A stretch of 64,000 nt of DNA from Octopus sinensis (taxonomy: Eukaryota): assembly GCF_006345805.1 (NCBI RefSeq), contig NC_043003.1, positions 93,062,001 through 93,126,000 of the forward strand. The letters run 5' to 3'. The translations under genes were made by a program, and so were the position numbers. The notes beneath the pieces were generated by a model. That model was given only the letters and a program-made list of their open reading frames with translations. It ran no database searches and was not told where the DNA came from. Position 1 is the first letter of the stretch. Every line of letters starts with the position of its first letter. Of the stretch, positions 49,010 to 63,675 are shown piece by piece.

Positions 49010-50738
49010 CTGAAATCAAAGAAATACCAGAAATTTAATTAAAAACTTCAAGAACGAATTTCTATTACATATTATAAAACAATTTATACTTTACAAGGAA
49101 GATGGTATTCCTAGAGTCTGTAGAGTATTGAACAAAATCACATGCTTGTGCTATATTTAGTTGTATCATATACATTCAGAATTCAAAACCCTACATAGAT
49201 TGTCTTTCATCCTTCTATTTCAGCCAGGTACTTATTGATATCATCATCATCATCATTTAAATCCGTTTTCCATGCTAGCATGGGTTGGACGGTTTTGACT
49301 GAGAGCTGGCAACCAGATGGCTGCAGCAGGCTCCAGTCTTGATCTGGCAGAGTTTCTACAGATGGATGCCCTTCCTAACACCAACCACTCGGAGTGTGCA
49401 GTGGGTGCTTTTTACGTGCCACCTGCACGGGGGCCAGTCAGGCGGTACTGGCAATGACCTCGCTCGAATCTTTTTACACGTGCCACCAGCACAGGTGCCA
49501 GTAAGGTGACGTTGGTAACGATCACACTCGAATGGTGCCCTTTTATGTGCCAAGGGGTATGGAAGCCAGTTGGCTGCTCTGGCAACGATCACGCTCGGAT
49601 GGTGTTCTTGGCACCCTACTAGCTATTATCAATATCTATTTATCAAACTGAAAAGTTAACAGTCATAAACACACACATAAACAGCCTATTTGTATGTGTA
49701 TGTGTGTGTGTATATATTCAGTCATGGCTAAAAATTTGAAACATAGGTCTGAAAAATTAGAATTTATTTTATATTAAATGCTCAAACATATATATTGTAT
49801 ACATTTGAATTGAATTGTACTTGGGCATAACAATTTTAATTTAAAAAAAAAGTTCCCAAAATTTGGCCATGACTGTATGTGTGTGTACACACACTATCAG
49901 TTACTCCTTCCTTCCTCTGGAACCTTCCATCCTTTACTCTCATCTTCCATTCCTTTCCATGCACTGTTCTCACTGAACATCTTTCTATGCCTTCAGGAAG
50001 TTCTTCCCTCAACCATACTCCACTTTATCACATCACATCTTCCCAGTTACTATCACTCACCCTTATAATGTGGGATAGTCATGTATCTCTTCTATAGCAA
50101 GGTGCCTGTTCTTATCCCTAAATTATACTTTAGCCTCTCAGCACCTGGCATAAAGCCATCCTTCCCACTTTCTAATAACTGCCACTTTGTCACTGAAGGG
50201 TAAAGGAGAGTTTCTACTTCCTCTTTTTTTTTCTGTTGTGTAACTTAGCAATCTTGCTATTACCAGTAGCATGTAAAAAGTACCTCGTACACATTCTGTA
50301 AAGTGCCTGGTGTTGGAAAGGGCATCTAGCCACAGAAAACAAAAACTCAATGCGGCCTTACAGCTTGTCAGATTCTGTCAAGCTGTCCAACTCATGCCAG
50401 CATGGAAAACGGACATGAAATGATTGAATATATATATATGTGTGTGTGTGAGATTGTGAGTGTGTTTGTGTTGACATGTCTTGACATCATGTGATGATTG
50501 TAAATGAGCATCAATGTCATACAAGCAGTGTTCTTTGATTTCCAAACTTCTATGGAAACATGTCTGGCCATGAAGAAATATCATCTCGCTTTTAAAATAA
50601 GTGAGGGTTGGCAATGGAAAGGGTATCCAGTGGTAGAAAAATCTACCTCGATGAAATTCCATGTGACTTATGTACAAAGGAGAAGTAATCATCAAAACAA
50701 AATGTCATTATCTTGAAATATATTGATTATAAACTCAC

Positions 50739-50916
50739 ATGAATTGCAGCACCAATCAAAGTATTCATCTTCCTGACGTTTAGGAGCAAGTCATACAAAT
50801 TTGGTGCAATCTTCATCTTCTCTCCTAAATCATAATATTCTGAGATGCCTCCAGTTAGATCAGTTAGGGCACTTTGGATTTTTCCTCCATTCAGTGCTTG
50901 GTAGCAACCTTGAAGC
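50739..50916 (-). CDS. Calpain exon (LQGCYQALNGGKIQSALTDLTGGISE…LIGAAIH)
   Basis: G.Y.AL.GG...AL.DLTGG motif, CTCTTCAG/GTGAGT. Confidence 0.97.
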
Positions 50917-51470
50917 CTGAAGAGGAAAATGAGTAGATGTATTAGCTGACTACAAAGGTCAATGAAGTATAATAGAATGCAGATATGGACATTTTTCTAA
51001 GCATCAAGACACACAAAGATCAATAGTTAACTCTGATTTTATTGTGTTAATTAGATGAGATATAAACTCTCTTTTAGGATAGGAAACTTTGATATTCCTT
51101 GATGACCTGGTATCAAAGATCTAGCATAACTGAAGAAATAGTAACAGAAACGGAAGAAATAGAATTTACATTGCTAATATCTGTGAGAAATGAAAATTTC
51201 ATTTTGTCTTTCATTTATTGCCATTTTTGGGCTGTGGTCATGGTGGAGTACCACCTTGAAGGGTTCAGGAATTGAAACAACAATCTCATGATTCTGAGTG
51301 CAATACCCTAACCATTAGGCCAATGTGCCCTCCCTACACACACACACTTCCACACAATTTCCATTTATCAAATTCACATATGAGGTATTGGTTGTCCCTG
51401 GGTTACAGTAAAATACACTCATCCAAGGTACCGTGGAGTGGAACTGAACCCCAAATCATGCAATTGGTAG

Positions 51471-52051
51471 TTGAACATGTAGTGTGAGCTTGTGTGGCTG
51501 GACATGTAGCATGCTCTCATGTGGCTGAACATGAGTTTGTATGGCTGAACATGTAGTGAGCTTCGATGGCTGAGCATCTAGCGAGCTACGATTGTCGAGC
51601 ATCTAGCGAGCTTTGATGGTCAAGCTTGTAGTGAGCTTCGATGGCCGAGCATGTAGTGGGCTTCGATTGTCGAACATGTAGCGAGCTTCGATTGTCGAAC
51701 ATGTAGCGAGCTATGATGGTCGAGCATGTAGCGAGCTTCGATGGCCGAACATGTAGCAAGCTTCGATGGTCGAGCATGTAGCGAGCTTCGATGGCCGAAC
51801 ATGTAGCGAGCTTCGATGGTCGAGCATGTAGCGAGCTTCGATGGTGGAGCATGTAGTGAGATTCGATGGTCGAACATGTAGTGAGCTGCGGTGGTCGAAC
51901 ATGTAGTGAGCTGCGATGGTTGAACATGTAGCAAGCTGTGATGGCCGAACATGTAGTGAGCTTTGATGGTTGAACATGTAGCGAGCTTCGATGGTGGAGC
52001 ATGTTGCGAGATTCGATGGTTGAACATGTTGCGAGCTCGATAGTTGAACAT
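51471..52051. repeat. 25-bp CpG-rich minisatellite, about 23 units (GCGAGCTTCGATGGTCGAACATGTA)
   Basis: 25-bp period (e.g. CTTCG at 51661 and 51686). Confidence 0.95.
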
Positions 52052-52905
52052 CAAGTTTCTTCAGCTGATATTATCCTAATGTTTTCAAGTGTTTGTAAGT
52101 CATTTTGAAAAGTGTCATTTTATTATCTTCTTTGTTCTGTTGATGGATCTATTCATGCACAAAGTAATACTGAATTGGTTAAAAAATAACAAAAGCTTAT
52201 ATACCTTCTGTTCATAATGAAGGTGTATGACTCAGAGGTTAGAATATTGGGCTCACAATCATGAGGTAGTGAGTTTGATTCTTGGATTGGGCTGTGTGTT
52301 TTATTCTTGAGCAAGACACTTTATTTTCATGTTGCTCCAGTTCACTCAGCTATAGAAATGAGTTGCAACGTCACTGGTGCTGAGCTGTATTGGGTTTTGT
52401 CTTTCCCATGGATAACATTGATGGCATAGAGAGGGGAGACTGGTATGCATGGGCAACATCTGGTCTTCAATAAAGAACCTTTCCCAGGATTGTGCCTCGA
52501 AGGGTAACTTTCTAGGTGAAAATGCATGGTTGTTTATGACTGAAGGGAGTCCTCTCCCTCTCATAAATGGTTGTATGTAACAGTTAGACACTACTGATCA
52601 AGAGACTGAGAGAATATGTCTTAGAATTAACAAAACTACTGGGGTAAGTTTAAGGTAGATTTGTTTGACTAAATCCTTCAAGGCAATACCCTAACATGGC
52701 TATAGTCCAGTGACTGAACAAATAAAAGATAAAAGATACTATGATGGTACATGGAAATCATTCAATAATTAATAACTCTCCAATCCAAATTAAATGAATA
52801 CAAATAGTCATATACTTTTAAAAGGCCATATTTAACAAGTGTTTAATTTAGAGTGGCTTTTCATGCACTTGTAAATAACTGAGTAACAAAAGCTACTATA
52901 CTTAC

Positions 52906-53059
52906 TTAGCATAAGCTTTCTCTAATAATGGACTCCAGAATTCACTTGGCTGTTCTCTGTTCTTTCCATAAATCAAATGGCCATTTACTGTTGGCAAGTA
53001 ATCATCAACTATAACTTCTGTCCATTTTCCATAGTGCCAAAAGTTGAAATGGAAGGCAC
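52906..53059 (-). CDS. Calpain exon ([24 protein letters not shown]…[13 protein letters not shown])
   Basis: Hallmark CysPc motifs, TTTTGCAG/GTAAGT. Confidence 0.98.
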
Positions 53060-53713
53060 CTGCAAAAGAAATCAACAAGAAGATACATATTGCTTTCAAT
53101 AAATTGTTCTTTCCTAGAGATTTATTGTATTAAGTTGATCTAACAAATCCTAATTTTTACAATCATCATATTCATAGTCATCGTGACTACACTCTGGGCC
53201 ATATCTTATTAGTTTATAGGGCTTAGCTTATTGAAAAATCATTTACATTAGCAGTAGCAACAGCAGTAGTTTAGTCAGTCAGTCCTGACTAAGCAGACCT
53301 ATGAATTAGAGTATTCCAGCAATGGTAATTACATTTTTTTTCTTTTTTCTGGTTACAGTGTGTCTTAGATCATCTTATCAAATGTCTCTTTTTCTTTTCC
53401 TATAAAGGATAGGGTGTGATTTGAAGGCGATCTGACTGTTATTTCTCAAGAGACAAGTAACATTATAGAGACTACTTCAATAGCTTGTAGCAGCATCATT
53501 ACCAGCGCTTGTAGAAGATAGTGGTAATGGCAGTAATGTTTTTTTTTCTTTCTGATTCATTCAATAGAAAAGAAATATAGAACAGATCTCAAGAGATCAG
53601 GTGTCCAACTGCTTTTATTTTTCTCCTTCAACTTATTTAACAATGTAATAAAAACATGAAAACACCCTGATAAAACCCCCTAAACAAGCGAAGAAACAAA
53701 TACTGATACTTAC

Positions 53714-53818
53714 CTATGTAATCCTCATCAAAACTCTGGCCACTTGGGATGATCTTTTGCACAAGCTTTTTCTGATGTGCAACAACAGAAGACACAGAAA
53801 CAACAAACCAACAGTTGC
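53714..53818 (-). CDS. Calpain exon with catalytic Cys (GNCWFVVSVSSVVAHQKKLVQKIIPSGQSFDEDYI)
   Basis: GNCW, TTTTCCTAG/GTAAGT, phase 1 to 1. Confidence 0.96.
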   Translation of the reverse strand, partial: ATVGLLFLCLLLLHIRKSLCKRSSQVARVLMRIT

Positions 53819-53950
53819 CTAGGAAAAGCGAAAATCAGGAGTTCAGTAAATGATAAAGAGAAATAGATTATGTATGTATGTATGTATATATATATTATAA
53901 AGTTTGTGATATAGATATTGGTCTTTCCATGATGAGAGAGAAATAGAGGA

Positions 53951-53992
<42 letters not shown>

Positions 53993-56480
53993 GTTCCAAT
54001 CTAGGTATTAACTCTACAGCTTAATGCTTATGTCATAATTGTTGAGAGCCAATAAGTTTGAAATCATGATTTCACAGTTACCAATAGTCTTCTCTATCCC
54101 AAATCAATCTGTCTGTCACCTACCTGTCTCTTTAAATTCTATACTTTGAGATAAAGGTTATTTTACTTAAGATAACAAAATATAAAATATGGTTTTAGGG
54201 ATGCAATTGGCTGAGCTACTATGATGTTGGATTAACATTCAGAGAATCAGCATTTGGATTATATCAATAGAAGTAGATTGTATACCTAGTGAAGGTGTAT
54301 GTTATCAAATAGTTCAGTCCACTGAACTATATAAGCAGTTATCACTCATAGAGGAACTTAACATTGTAGCAAGACACATCAGTATAACTGATAAGAAGCT
54401 GGAGTACTGTATAATTGATTCAGCTTACAGTGCAGGGTTCAAATGCTCCCATGTGAAAGCACATAAACCTATGGTGATGCAGAGAAGAATCAAATCTGAG
54501 GTCAGGTTTAACCAAAATCCATACCAATGCCCAGGTATAAGTAGATAAGTCACATTTAAAAATATCTACAGACAAAAAACAGTAAAATGCCATATGGATT
54601 GAGCCAGTGTTTTTTTTATATAATGGTGGTGGTAGTGGGTGAAGATTGATGAGGAAACTAACAAATTACTTGATTTAATGAAATTAACAATTGTTTTTAG
54701 AATCATAATTCTAAGAAATTAGGGACCTGTAATTTTTAACCATTGAAATAAACAAATTTCATTATAGGTCACTTCTTGTAATTTGCAAACAAGAAAAGTT
54801 GCAATTCTAAACTTCAAATTACTACAGCCATTCCATCATATAAAAAACAGCTGACTTTGTGATCTGCTTGCTCTTCAGACACTCTGAACTTATTACAGGC
54901 CAATTCTGTTGATTTGTATATTACAATGATCGTTCTTTTATTGGCTTTGTAGCGGTGCATAGTAGGTATATATGATATATCTCCAAATAATATTTTGTGT
55001 AAAATGTCAAAAATTTGCATTATATCAATCATTGAAATTTGTATGTCATTCAGAATTCTACTTGAATATTAAGAAAGCAATAATCTTCCCTCCATTGCAT
55101 CTATTTAGAAATACATCTTGATTTGCTTAGAGTTAAATTAATGGATAAATTCATACAGTAGATATCTGATACAGAAGAACTTCTACCTCAGCTGAAAACT
55201 GAGCAATATGAAGCTTCATATGTAAAATATGGTGTTTGCATATGGTGGCCACCCCAGTGAGTCAAAAGGAAGTGCGTTGTATCATCATCATCATCGTTTA
55301 GCGTCCGCTTTTCATGCTAGCATGGGTTGGACGGTTCAACTGGGGTCTGGGAAGCCAGAAGGCTGCACCAGGCCCAGTCTGATCTGGCAATGTTTCTACG
55401 GCTGGATGCTCTTCGTAACGCTAACCACTCCATGAGTGTAGTGGGTGCTTTTTACATGCCAGACGAGGCTGGCAAACGGCCATGATCGGATTGTGCTTTT
55501 TACATGCCACCAGCATGGGGGCCAGGCAAGGCTGGCAATGGCCACGATTGGATGGTGCTTTTTACGTGCCACCGGCACAAGGTCAGTCGGGGCGGTGCTG
55601 GCAACGGCCACGTTCGGATGGTTCTCGGATGGTTGTATGTAATGTTGAATAAGCAAATGAAAATTTAACCCTTTTGTTACCATATTTCTGTTCAGCTACA
55701 CTATCTTTATCTCAGTTAATTTTTAAAATGATGAAAAGTTTAGTAAAATAACTTTATCATTATTAATGTGGTATGAAAATTTGAAGGAAAGTTTTAATAT
55801 AGACTACTTCAAAATAGGAAGCTACAGAATTAGGAATTGTCCGAGTTGGATTGTATCAAAAGGGTTATCAAAAACAAGATATTCTAAACAAACAAAGAAT
55901 TTAAAGACCTGCAAGAGGATTTTTCAAAACTAGGGAACTGTGACAAAAAACAATAAAAACTAGATATTCAATCTCATGTGCTACAAAATCTTCAAGTTAT
56001 TCAAAAGCATTCTATACTGTGTTCAAAATGATTGCAAAGGTTATGAAAGCGCATACAACTGAATTAGTGATCATACCCATTGCATATGAAATTGCCATTG
56101 CTCAGCTGGTGGGAATATTGCATTAAAATTGCTATCAATACCATCTTCTAATGACCCAATAAAACTCTGAATCATATGATTTTCTGAGTTAACTTGTTGG
56201 TAGATTAGAGGACTGAAGTATGTTTGTGGATACAGTCAAATGAAAATAGCAATATTACAAGTCAAGCACTAGAGTTATGCTATCTTCTGTCTTTTCCATG
56301 TTTCAGTAATTGGACTGAAGCCATGCTGGGGCATCACCTTGAAGGGTTTTAATTGAATAAATCAACCCCAGGACTATTTAAAAAAAAAGCCTAGTACTTA
56401 TTCTATCGGGCTCTTTTGCTAAACTGCTAAGTTACAGGGACATAAACACACCAACATCGGTTGTCAAGTGGTGATGGGAG

Positions 56481-56699
56481 CAAAGGCGTCGAGCTCGCAG
56501 AGACGTTAGCACACTGGGCGAAATGCTTAGTGGTATTTCGTCTGCTGTTATGGTCTGAGTTCAAATTCTGCTGAGGTCGACTTTGCCTTTCATCCTTTTG
56601 GGGTCGATAAATTATGTACCAGTTATGCACTGGGGTCGATGTAATTGACTTAATCCCTTTGTCTGTCCTTGTTTAGCCCCTTGTGGGCAATAAAGAAAT
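56481..56699 (+). mobile_element. SINE nested in an older SINE, 15-bp TSD
   Basis: AAGTGGTGATGGGAG at 56466-56480 and 56700-56714; carries the GCCTTTCATCCTTTTGGGGTCGATAAA motif. Confidence 0.88.
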
Positions 56700-57019
56700 A
56701 AGTGGTGATGGGAGGGACAAACACACACATGCACACACCCACACATAATGGGGGTTCTTTCAGTCTAGCAAATCCACTCACAAGGTTTTGATTGGCCAAG
56801 GTTTATAGTAGAAAATACCTGCCCAAGGTGCCATGTAGTGGGACTGAACCCAGAATTGTGTGGGTGGGAAACAAACTTTTTACGACACAGCCATGACTGC
56901 ACCTATGTTTGATATCTTTAAGAAAATAAATACCATGAAGACCCCTTTGCTTTCTTGCAGCTGCAAGCAATACCAAGTGAAATTCTCCAAGTGTTGCTAA
57001 CTTTTCTTGTTGATAACAA

Positions 57020-58110
57020 ATATGATTGATGCAATATGCACAGACAGTGCTGCTAACATGACAGGAAAGCACAGTGGATTTTGTGTCAGAGGCAAATAAT
57101 TACAAGAGCATGATTTTTTGGCAAACGCATTACATTGTTCATTGACAGGTTCTAGTATCAAAGGAAATAAATATTGATTTACTTGTGAATATGAAAACTA
57201 TTACATATCAGGTTTTAAATTATGTAATGTAACAGGAATTGTTTACAAAAACTCACACTTAAACCACTAAAAAAATAAAACAAAAAAACCAGATGGCTGA
57301 CACATGGAAAGGTTCCTTGAAGAGTACTGGAGCTTAGTAATAAATTAATGTTTTTTTTTGTTATATATATAAAACAAAACAGATTTAGTTAGTTTTTGGA
57401 ATGAGATTTGTGTCATTTTTATCTTATCTCACTGACATCTTAGATAAAGTCATGATTAGAGAAGAACTCTAATCATGTTCTTCTAAGGAGAGCATTCACA
57501 TTTGTTTCCACAAAATGGAAAAAAATTCATGCATTTTGCAAGAATGAAACTGGCTATACTGAATTATCAGTTAGAAATTAGATGTCATTTTCTTCTCTTT
57601 GGACTTTTATTTAGAAGCGCAGAAGTTGTGGACATTACCAGAAGCACCTTTCTTGAAGATCTAAAGGTTTGACTGAGATTTCAGATAAAAAGTACAATTA
57701 GTTAGGGAATCTGTTTATGTGTGATGTTGAAGAAATTTTTCACTGGGAAATCAAATTTCATGGCTATTCCAGTAATGATGTTAAATATTTACCAGAAAAT
57801 AGAACTGGTATTTTTTGCCTCAGTAAACCTGCCATGTCTGAACAGAAAATAGTAAAATAGTTTCAAACATGACATTCCTTAACAAAAGATAGATGCATAT
57901 ATAAAACTGCTTTTCACAGTTAAAAATAATGAAAATTTGAGTTGATATATCTGATTTCTGCAGTATAAGGGTTAAGGGGAAAAAATTATTGATATGAGGT
58001 GCTGTTTTGAAAATGTTGTTTCAGTGTTGTAATATTCAAAGATTTTGGAGTGAATTTGTATCTGTCCAACAGCACTGAAACTACTTACAGAAAGCAAAAC
58101 AAGTCCCGCC
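57020..58110 (+). mobile_element. Decayed hAT (Buster/Charlie-like) transposase remnant
   Basis: DAICTDSAANMTGKHSG (cf. CTDGAxxMTG) and HYIVH*QVLVSK (cf. HCxxHRxAL); many stops and frameshifts. Confidence 0.6.
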
Positions 58111-60021
58111 TTTATTTTTCCTCAACATATTTGAATGGGAAAGAATTTTTCTACTGTAGCAAGTGGAAAGTGACATGCCTTGACAAACATTCGCCTAAGA
58201 ATTGAGGTACTTGTCAATAAACTAATATCACTATAAGTTTTATTTCTGGGTGTATTTTACTTTGGGTTAAGTTATGTACATTGCACTTACAAATATTTAA
58301 ACCTGTCAAACACCATAGCAAAGAAATAAGAATTATTTGCAGTTTAGCCAAATGAAAAAAATATTCAATGGAAGCTGAATTTAATTTAGCTAAAAGTGTT
58401 AACAATGACAAGTTGAAATTGATATAGAATATAAAACTATCTTTTACTCTTTTACTTGTTTCAGTCATTTGACTGCGGCCATGCTGGAGCTCTGCCTTTA
58501 GTCGAGCAACTTGACTCTGGGACTTATTCTTTTTGTAAGCCCAGTACTTATTCTATCGGTCTCTTTTTGCCGAACCGCTAAGTGACGGGAACATAAACAC
58601 ACCAGCATCGGTTGTCAAGCAATGCTAGGGGAACAAACACAGACACACTAACACACACACATACATATATATATACATATATACGACAGGCTTCTTTCAG
58701 TTTCCGTCTACCAAATCTACTCACAAGGCATTGGTCGGCCCGGGGCTATAGCAGAAGAAACTTGCCCAAGATGCCATGCAGTGGGACTGAACCCGGAACC
58801 ATGTGGTTGGTTAGCAAGCTACTTACCACACTGCCACTCCTGTGCAAATTTACTAAATATATTATAAATATTCATATATTTACTAAATGTGTTTTAAAAC
58901 TGCAGTGTTCTTTCATTATTAATACATAAAATCAACAAGATGAAAACTAAATCTTGTTTATGCCTTATAGTTTTGGGTTTTGTATTTTAAAATTTATTTG
59001 CTACTTTAAATACGCTGTACAAAACACGTTTAATTCAGTATTACAACAGCCCGATGTCCTTCCATTCCTGCAACTTCTCTTTCTCATTACTATTTAGAAA
59101 TAATAACACATGCATTTTACAGAGATGCTTTTGCTGTAATTGGCTAGCCCCCCTCTCCCAAAATTTCAGGTCTTATGCCTATAAAAGAAGGGTTTATGTA
59201 TTAGCATCAGGTGTGGTGACCTGGAAGAATTGTTAGAGCATCAGACAAATGTCTTGAGGCATTTCTTCTTTTGGAGTTCAAATCCTTTCCTCTTCCCAGG
59301 GACAATAAAATGAAATCAATTTCTGAAGTACCCACCTCCACCCTTCAAAATTGATGGTCTTGTGCTAAAATCAGGGCTGACAGAATTGTTAGAGTATCAA
59401 AGATTGCTTTATGGTATTTGTTCTGGCTCTATACACTCTGAGTTCAAATCCCCTGTGAGGTCAACTTCACCTTTCATCCCTCCAGAATCAAAATAAAGTT
59501 CTAGTCCAGTAATGAAATTGACAGCATAAACTATTCCCTCACCCTATTATGCCTTGCATGAAAAGGTAAAAAAAAGAACAAGATTATTAATTTGGATTTT
59601 AAGAGACTCGGTGTGGGATTAGAAGTAGATTAGCTCCAAAGGCGCTAAATAAACAACACTAATAATATTGGTGTAAGCTATTTTGTCATCTCATTCATAA
59701 AGGAGGTGGGAAGTTTCACTAATGTTTAGAGAGAAGACATTGATACGTGACAGTCTGAGAATCACTGGGCTTGACGAATGACTATTTTGTTATTACAAAA
59801 CTGGATTTTGTCATTGGACTGCAGCTATGCTAAGGTACCGTTTTCTGCGTGAGGCATTTATTTTACCCTTGTCAGCTTGCAAGTTCGGTGGATTAAATAC
59901 CACAAGTTATTTTCTTTCATGCAGCAATTCATCTTCCATATCCTTATACACATGCATTCATGCACATACACACACACACACACACACAAGACTAGTCTGT
60001 TGACATTACCCAAACGCCAAG

Positions 60022-60248
60022 TCGGCGAGTTGGCAAAGGCGGCGAGCTGGCAGAATCGTTAGCACGCTGGGCGAATTGCGTAGCCGTATTTCGTCTGCCG
60101 TTACGTTCTGAGTTCAAATTCCGCCGAGGTCGACTTTGCCTTTCATCCTTTCGGGGTCGATAAATTAAGTACCAGTTACGCACTGGGGTCGATATCTGTC
60201 CTTGTTTGTCCCCTCTGTGTTTAGCCCCTTGTGGGTAGTAAAGAAATA
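60022..60248 (+). mobile_element. Young-looking SINE (same family as 56481-56699) with 17-bp TSD
   Basis: ATTACC(C/T)AAACGCCAAG at 60005-60021 and 60249-60265; CpG-rich body; related fragments near 14.7, 20.7, 34.5 and 59.4 kb. Confidence 0.85.
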
Positions 60249-60901
60249 ATTACCTAAACGCCAAGGAAAGAGCTTTGTTCCAAAGCGAAGAACCAGCTCG
60301 TCTCTTTCTCCATTGGTGACACATTTGAAATATACAACCAGGGTTACACACGCGCACATTGGCACATCACATTTATAACGAAGAAGAGAAAACAAAACAC
60401 TTTATGTATGCTTTTATATATAGTATATTACTTACGCATAGTATTATTATATTCAATACTTCAGGTACAATATAATTATATTCGGTTGGTGCCACTTGCC
60501 GTGACTTAACGTTTCCCATTGACATAACCAATCGGTTGGCGGACCACGCATGCATACATATACTGCACACGCACATATCACGCATACATATGAATGCACA
60601 TTTGTAAAAAGTAATGAAACGTACAAACGAGTGTTTTATCGCGTGCATGTTTATGCATATACACACATATATACACAAATGACGTCTACACATTCTTTTA
60701 TTCTTTTTTTTTCTTACTTGTTTCAGTCATTTGATTGCGGCCATGCTGGAGCACCGCCTTTAGTCGAGCAAATCGACCACACGACTTATTCTTTGCAAGC
60801 CTAGTACTTATTCTATCGGTCTCATTTTGCCGAACCGCTAAGTTACGGGGACATAAACACACCAGCATCGGTTGTCAAGCGATGTTGGAGACGCAGGCAC
60901 G

Positions 60902-60984
<83 letters not shown>

Positions 60985-61255
60985 ACATACATGCGACGGG
61001 TTTCTTTCAGTTTCCGCCCACCAAATCCTCTCACAAGGCTTTGGTTGGCCCGAGGCTTATAGTAGAAGACACTTGCCCAAGGTGCCACGCAATGGGACTG
61101 AACCTAGACCCATGTGGTTGGCAAGCATGCTACTGTTTAATCGAATTCATTCACAAGATATTGACCAACCCGTGGCTATTGTTGATGGCACTTACTAAAT
61201 GTGTCACGCAGAGGGATCGAACCCAGATCGAACTATTATCCCCATAGCTTTAGTT

Positions 61256-61511
61256 CAGGTGTTCTCAACCATTTTTGCTTGTGAACCTCTTTGATTCCTA
61301 TTTCACTCTACTGGACCCACATAGCCATTTGAAATTTATAAAAATAAAACCATTTTATTTTCATAATTAAATACTATTAGGAATTGTATAAAAACTTATT
61401 AGGATAGTTTGTGTATTGCAGAATTATAACCAATTTATTGTTCATAATTTTTAACAACTAAACCTTATATGGACCCCCCAGGGCCATGTGGATCCCGGTT
61501 CAGTATCACTG
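61256..61511. mobile_element. hAT MITE, 256 bp
   Basis: Imperfect TIRs CAGGTGTTCTCAACC / GGTTCAGTATCACTG and a perfect 8-bp TSD CTTTAGTT (61248-61255, 61512-61519). Confidence 0.88.
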
Positions 61512-62417
61512 CTTTAGTTTAACCATCTTTGCGATTCTATGAAGGTGAAATATTTCAGAACTTATTTAACTCTACTCATATGTAATTTCGTGTATAAGCA
61601 GAGAAATGAATGTACAGAGTGTATACTCTGAAATAATTACATTCTAAACCAAGCAAACAAACAAAAAACCGGTTCTTCGTCGGTTTAAGCGACTCAACGA
61701 TGAGTGTCCAATCTACCTTATCTTAACTACCTTTTCATTTAATTAGCGTTTAAATGGTTGAACATACCATAGTAACACGTGTACTTTTAATATATTTCTT
61801 AGGCAGAATCAACGTGACAAGGCCGAGCATTCAAATTGCATGTTAATTCTGATCGGCAGTTTTTCTTTCACAAAGTTTCTGTCTGCCCAGTTTACATACA
61901 AAGCTTCGGTCGGTTAGAAAGCAACAACCGTGACTTCATGCTTATGTTAGAAATCATTATTTTAAACAGTATAGTTATTTGCATTGAATGTTAAAAGTTA
62001 AGTAGAAGAGTCTCATATATCGATGGACGGATGTGGATATCTAAAGACAATTTTCCAGGAAATGTATTTAACAACCAGCTTAAGGAATACATATAGTAAC
62101 TAGTTCCCATGATAAATTTCTTCATTTATGGGAAGACAAACTCAGCACTGTTATTTTTGTTAAGTTTTTCACAAATGTATTGTGTAAGTAAATCTCTTAA
62201 CATTTGCAAACACAACACAATGTTAAAAAGAGAGTTAACAAAAGAACAGTCTTAATTAGGTTCAATTAAATCTAGACTGAAAAAGCAAATTAAAATCACA
62301 ACCTGTGGTTGAAAAAAAAAACCAATGAAGAGAGCGAAAGATAACAACCAATCGGAAACACAAACCAATGAACAAACATAAAAATGAGACCACATTAACA
62401 CCAGCGAATATATTACC

Positions 62418-63608
<1,191 letters not shown>

Positions 63609-63613
63609 TGTGT

Positions 63614-63675
<62 letters not shown>

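Larger units (their letters stand above)
16363..53818 (-). other. Calpain gene (classical architecture: CysPc + C2-like + penta-EF-hand), 18 coding exons, 5'-incomplete
   Basis: All exons below join in frame with GT-AG boundaries (1790 nt). Catalytic Cys (GNCW), His (GHAY) and Asn (RNPWG) are present. PEF exon sizes of 69, 79 and 117 nt match the conserved calpain layout as I recall it from vertebrate CAPN genes. Confidence 0.95.

Noticed and set aside
51586-52054. Cys/His-rich repeat ORFs resembling zinc fingers
   Set aside because: All three minus frames are open because of the 25-bp repeat; no CxxC pairs or TGEKP linkers.
59543-59580. QGII-G motif as the missing QG exon
   Set aside because: The donor falls in phase 2 and upstream residues (FFYLFM) do not resemble calpain; likewise NVCQGMS near 58175 has no donor.
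60254-60395. Phase-1 donor (…FPWRL G|GTAATT) that would join in frame to GNCW
   Set aside because: No calpain similarity, no acceptor, and the donor lies inside a SINE target-site duplication.
60432-60527. Putative first exon MSMGNVKS... with a myristoylation-like motif and GTAAGT donor
   Set aside because: Ends in phase 0 whereas the Cys exon needs phase 1, and no intervening calpain exon was found; left as unsupported.
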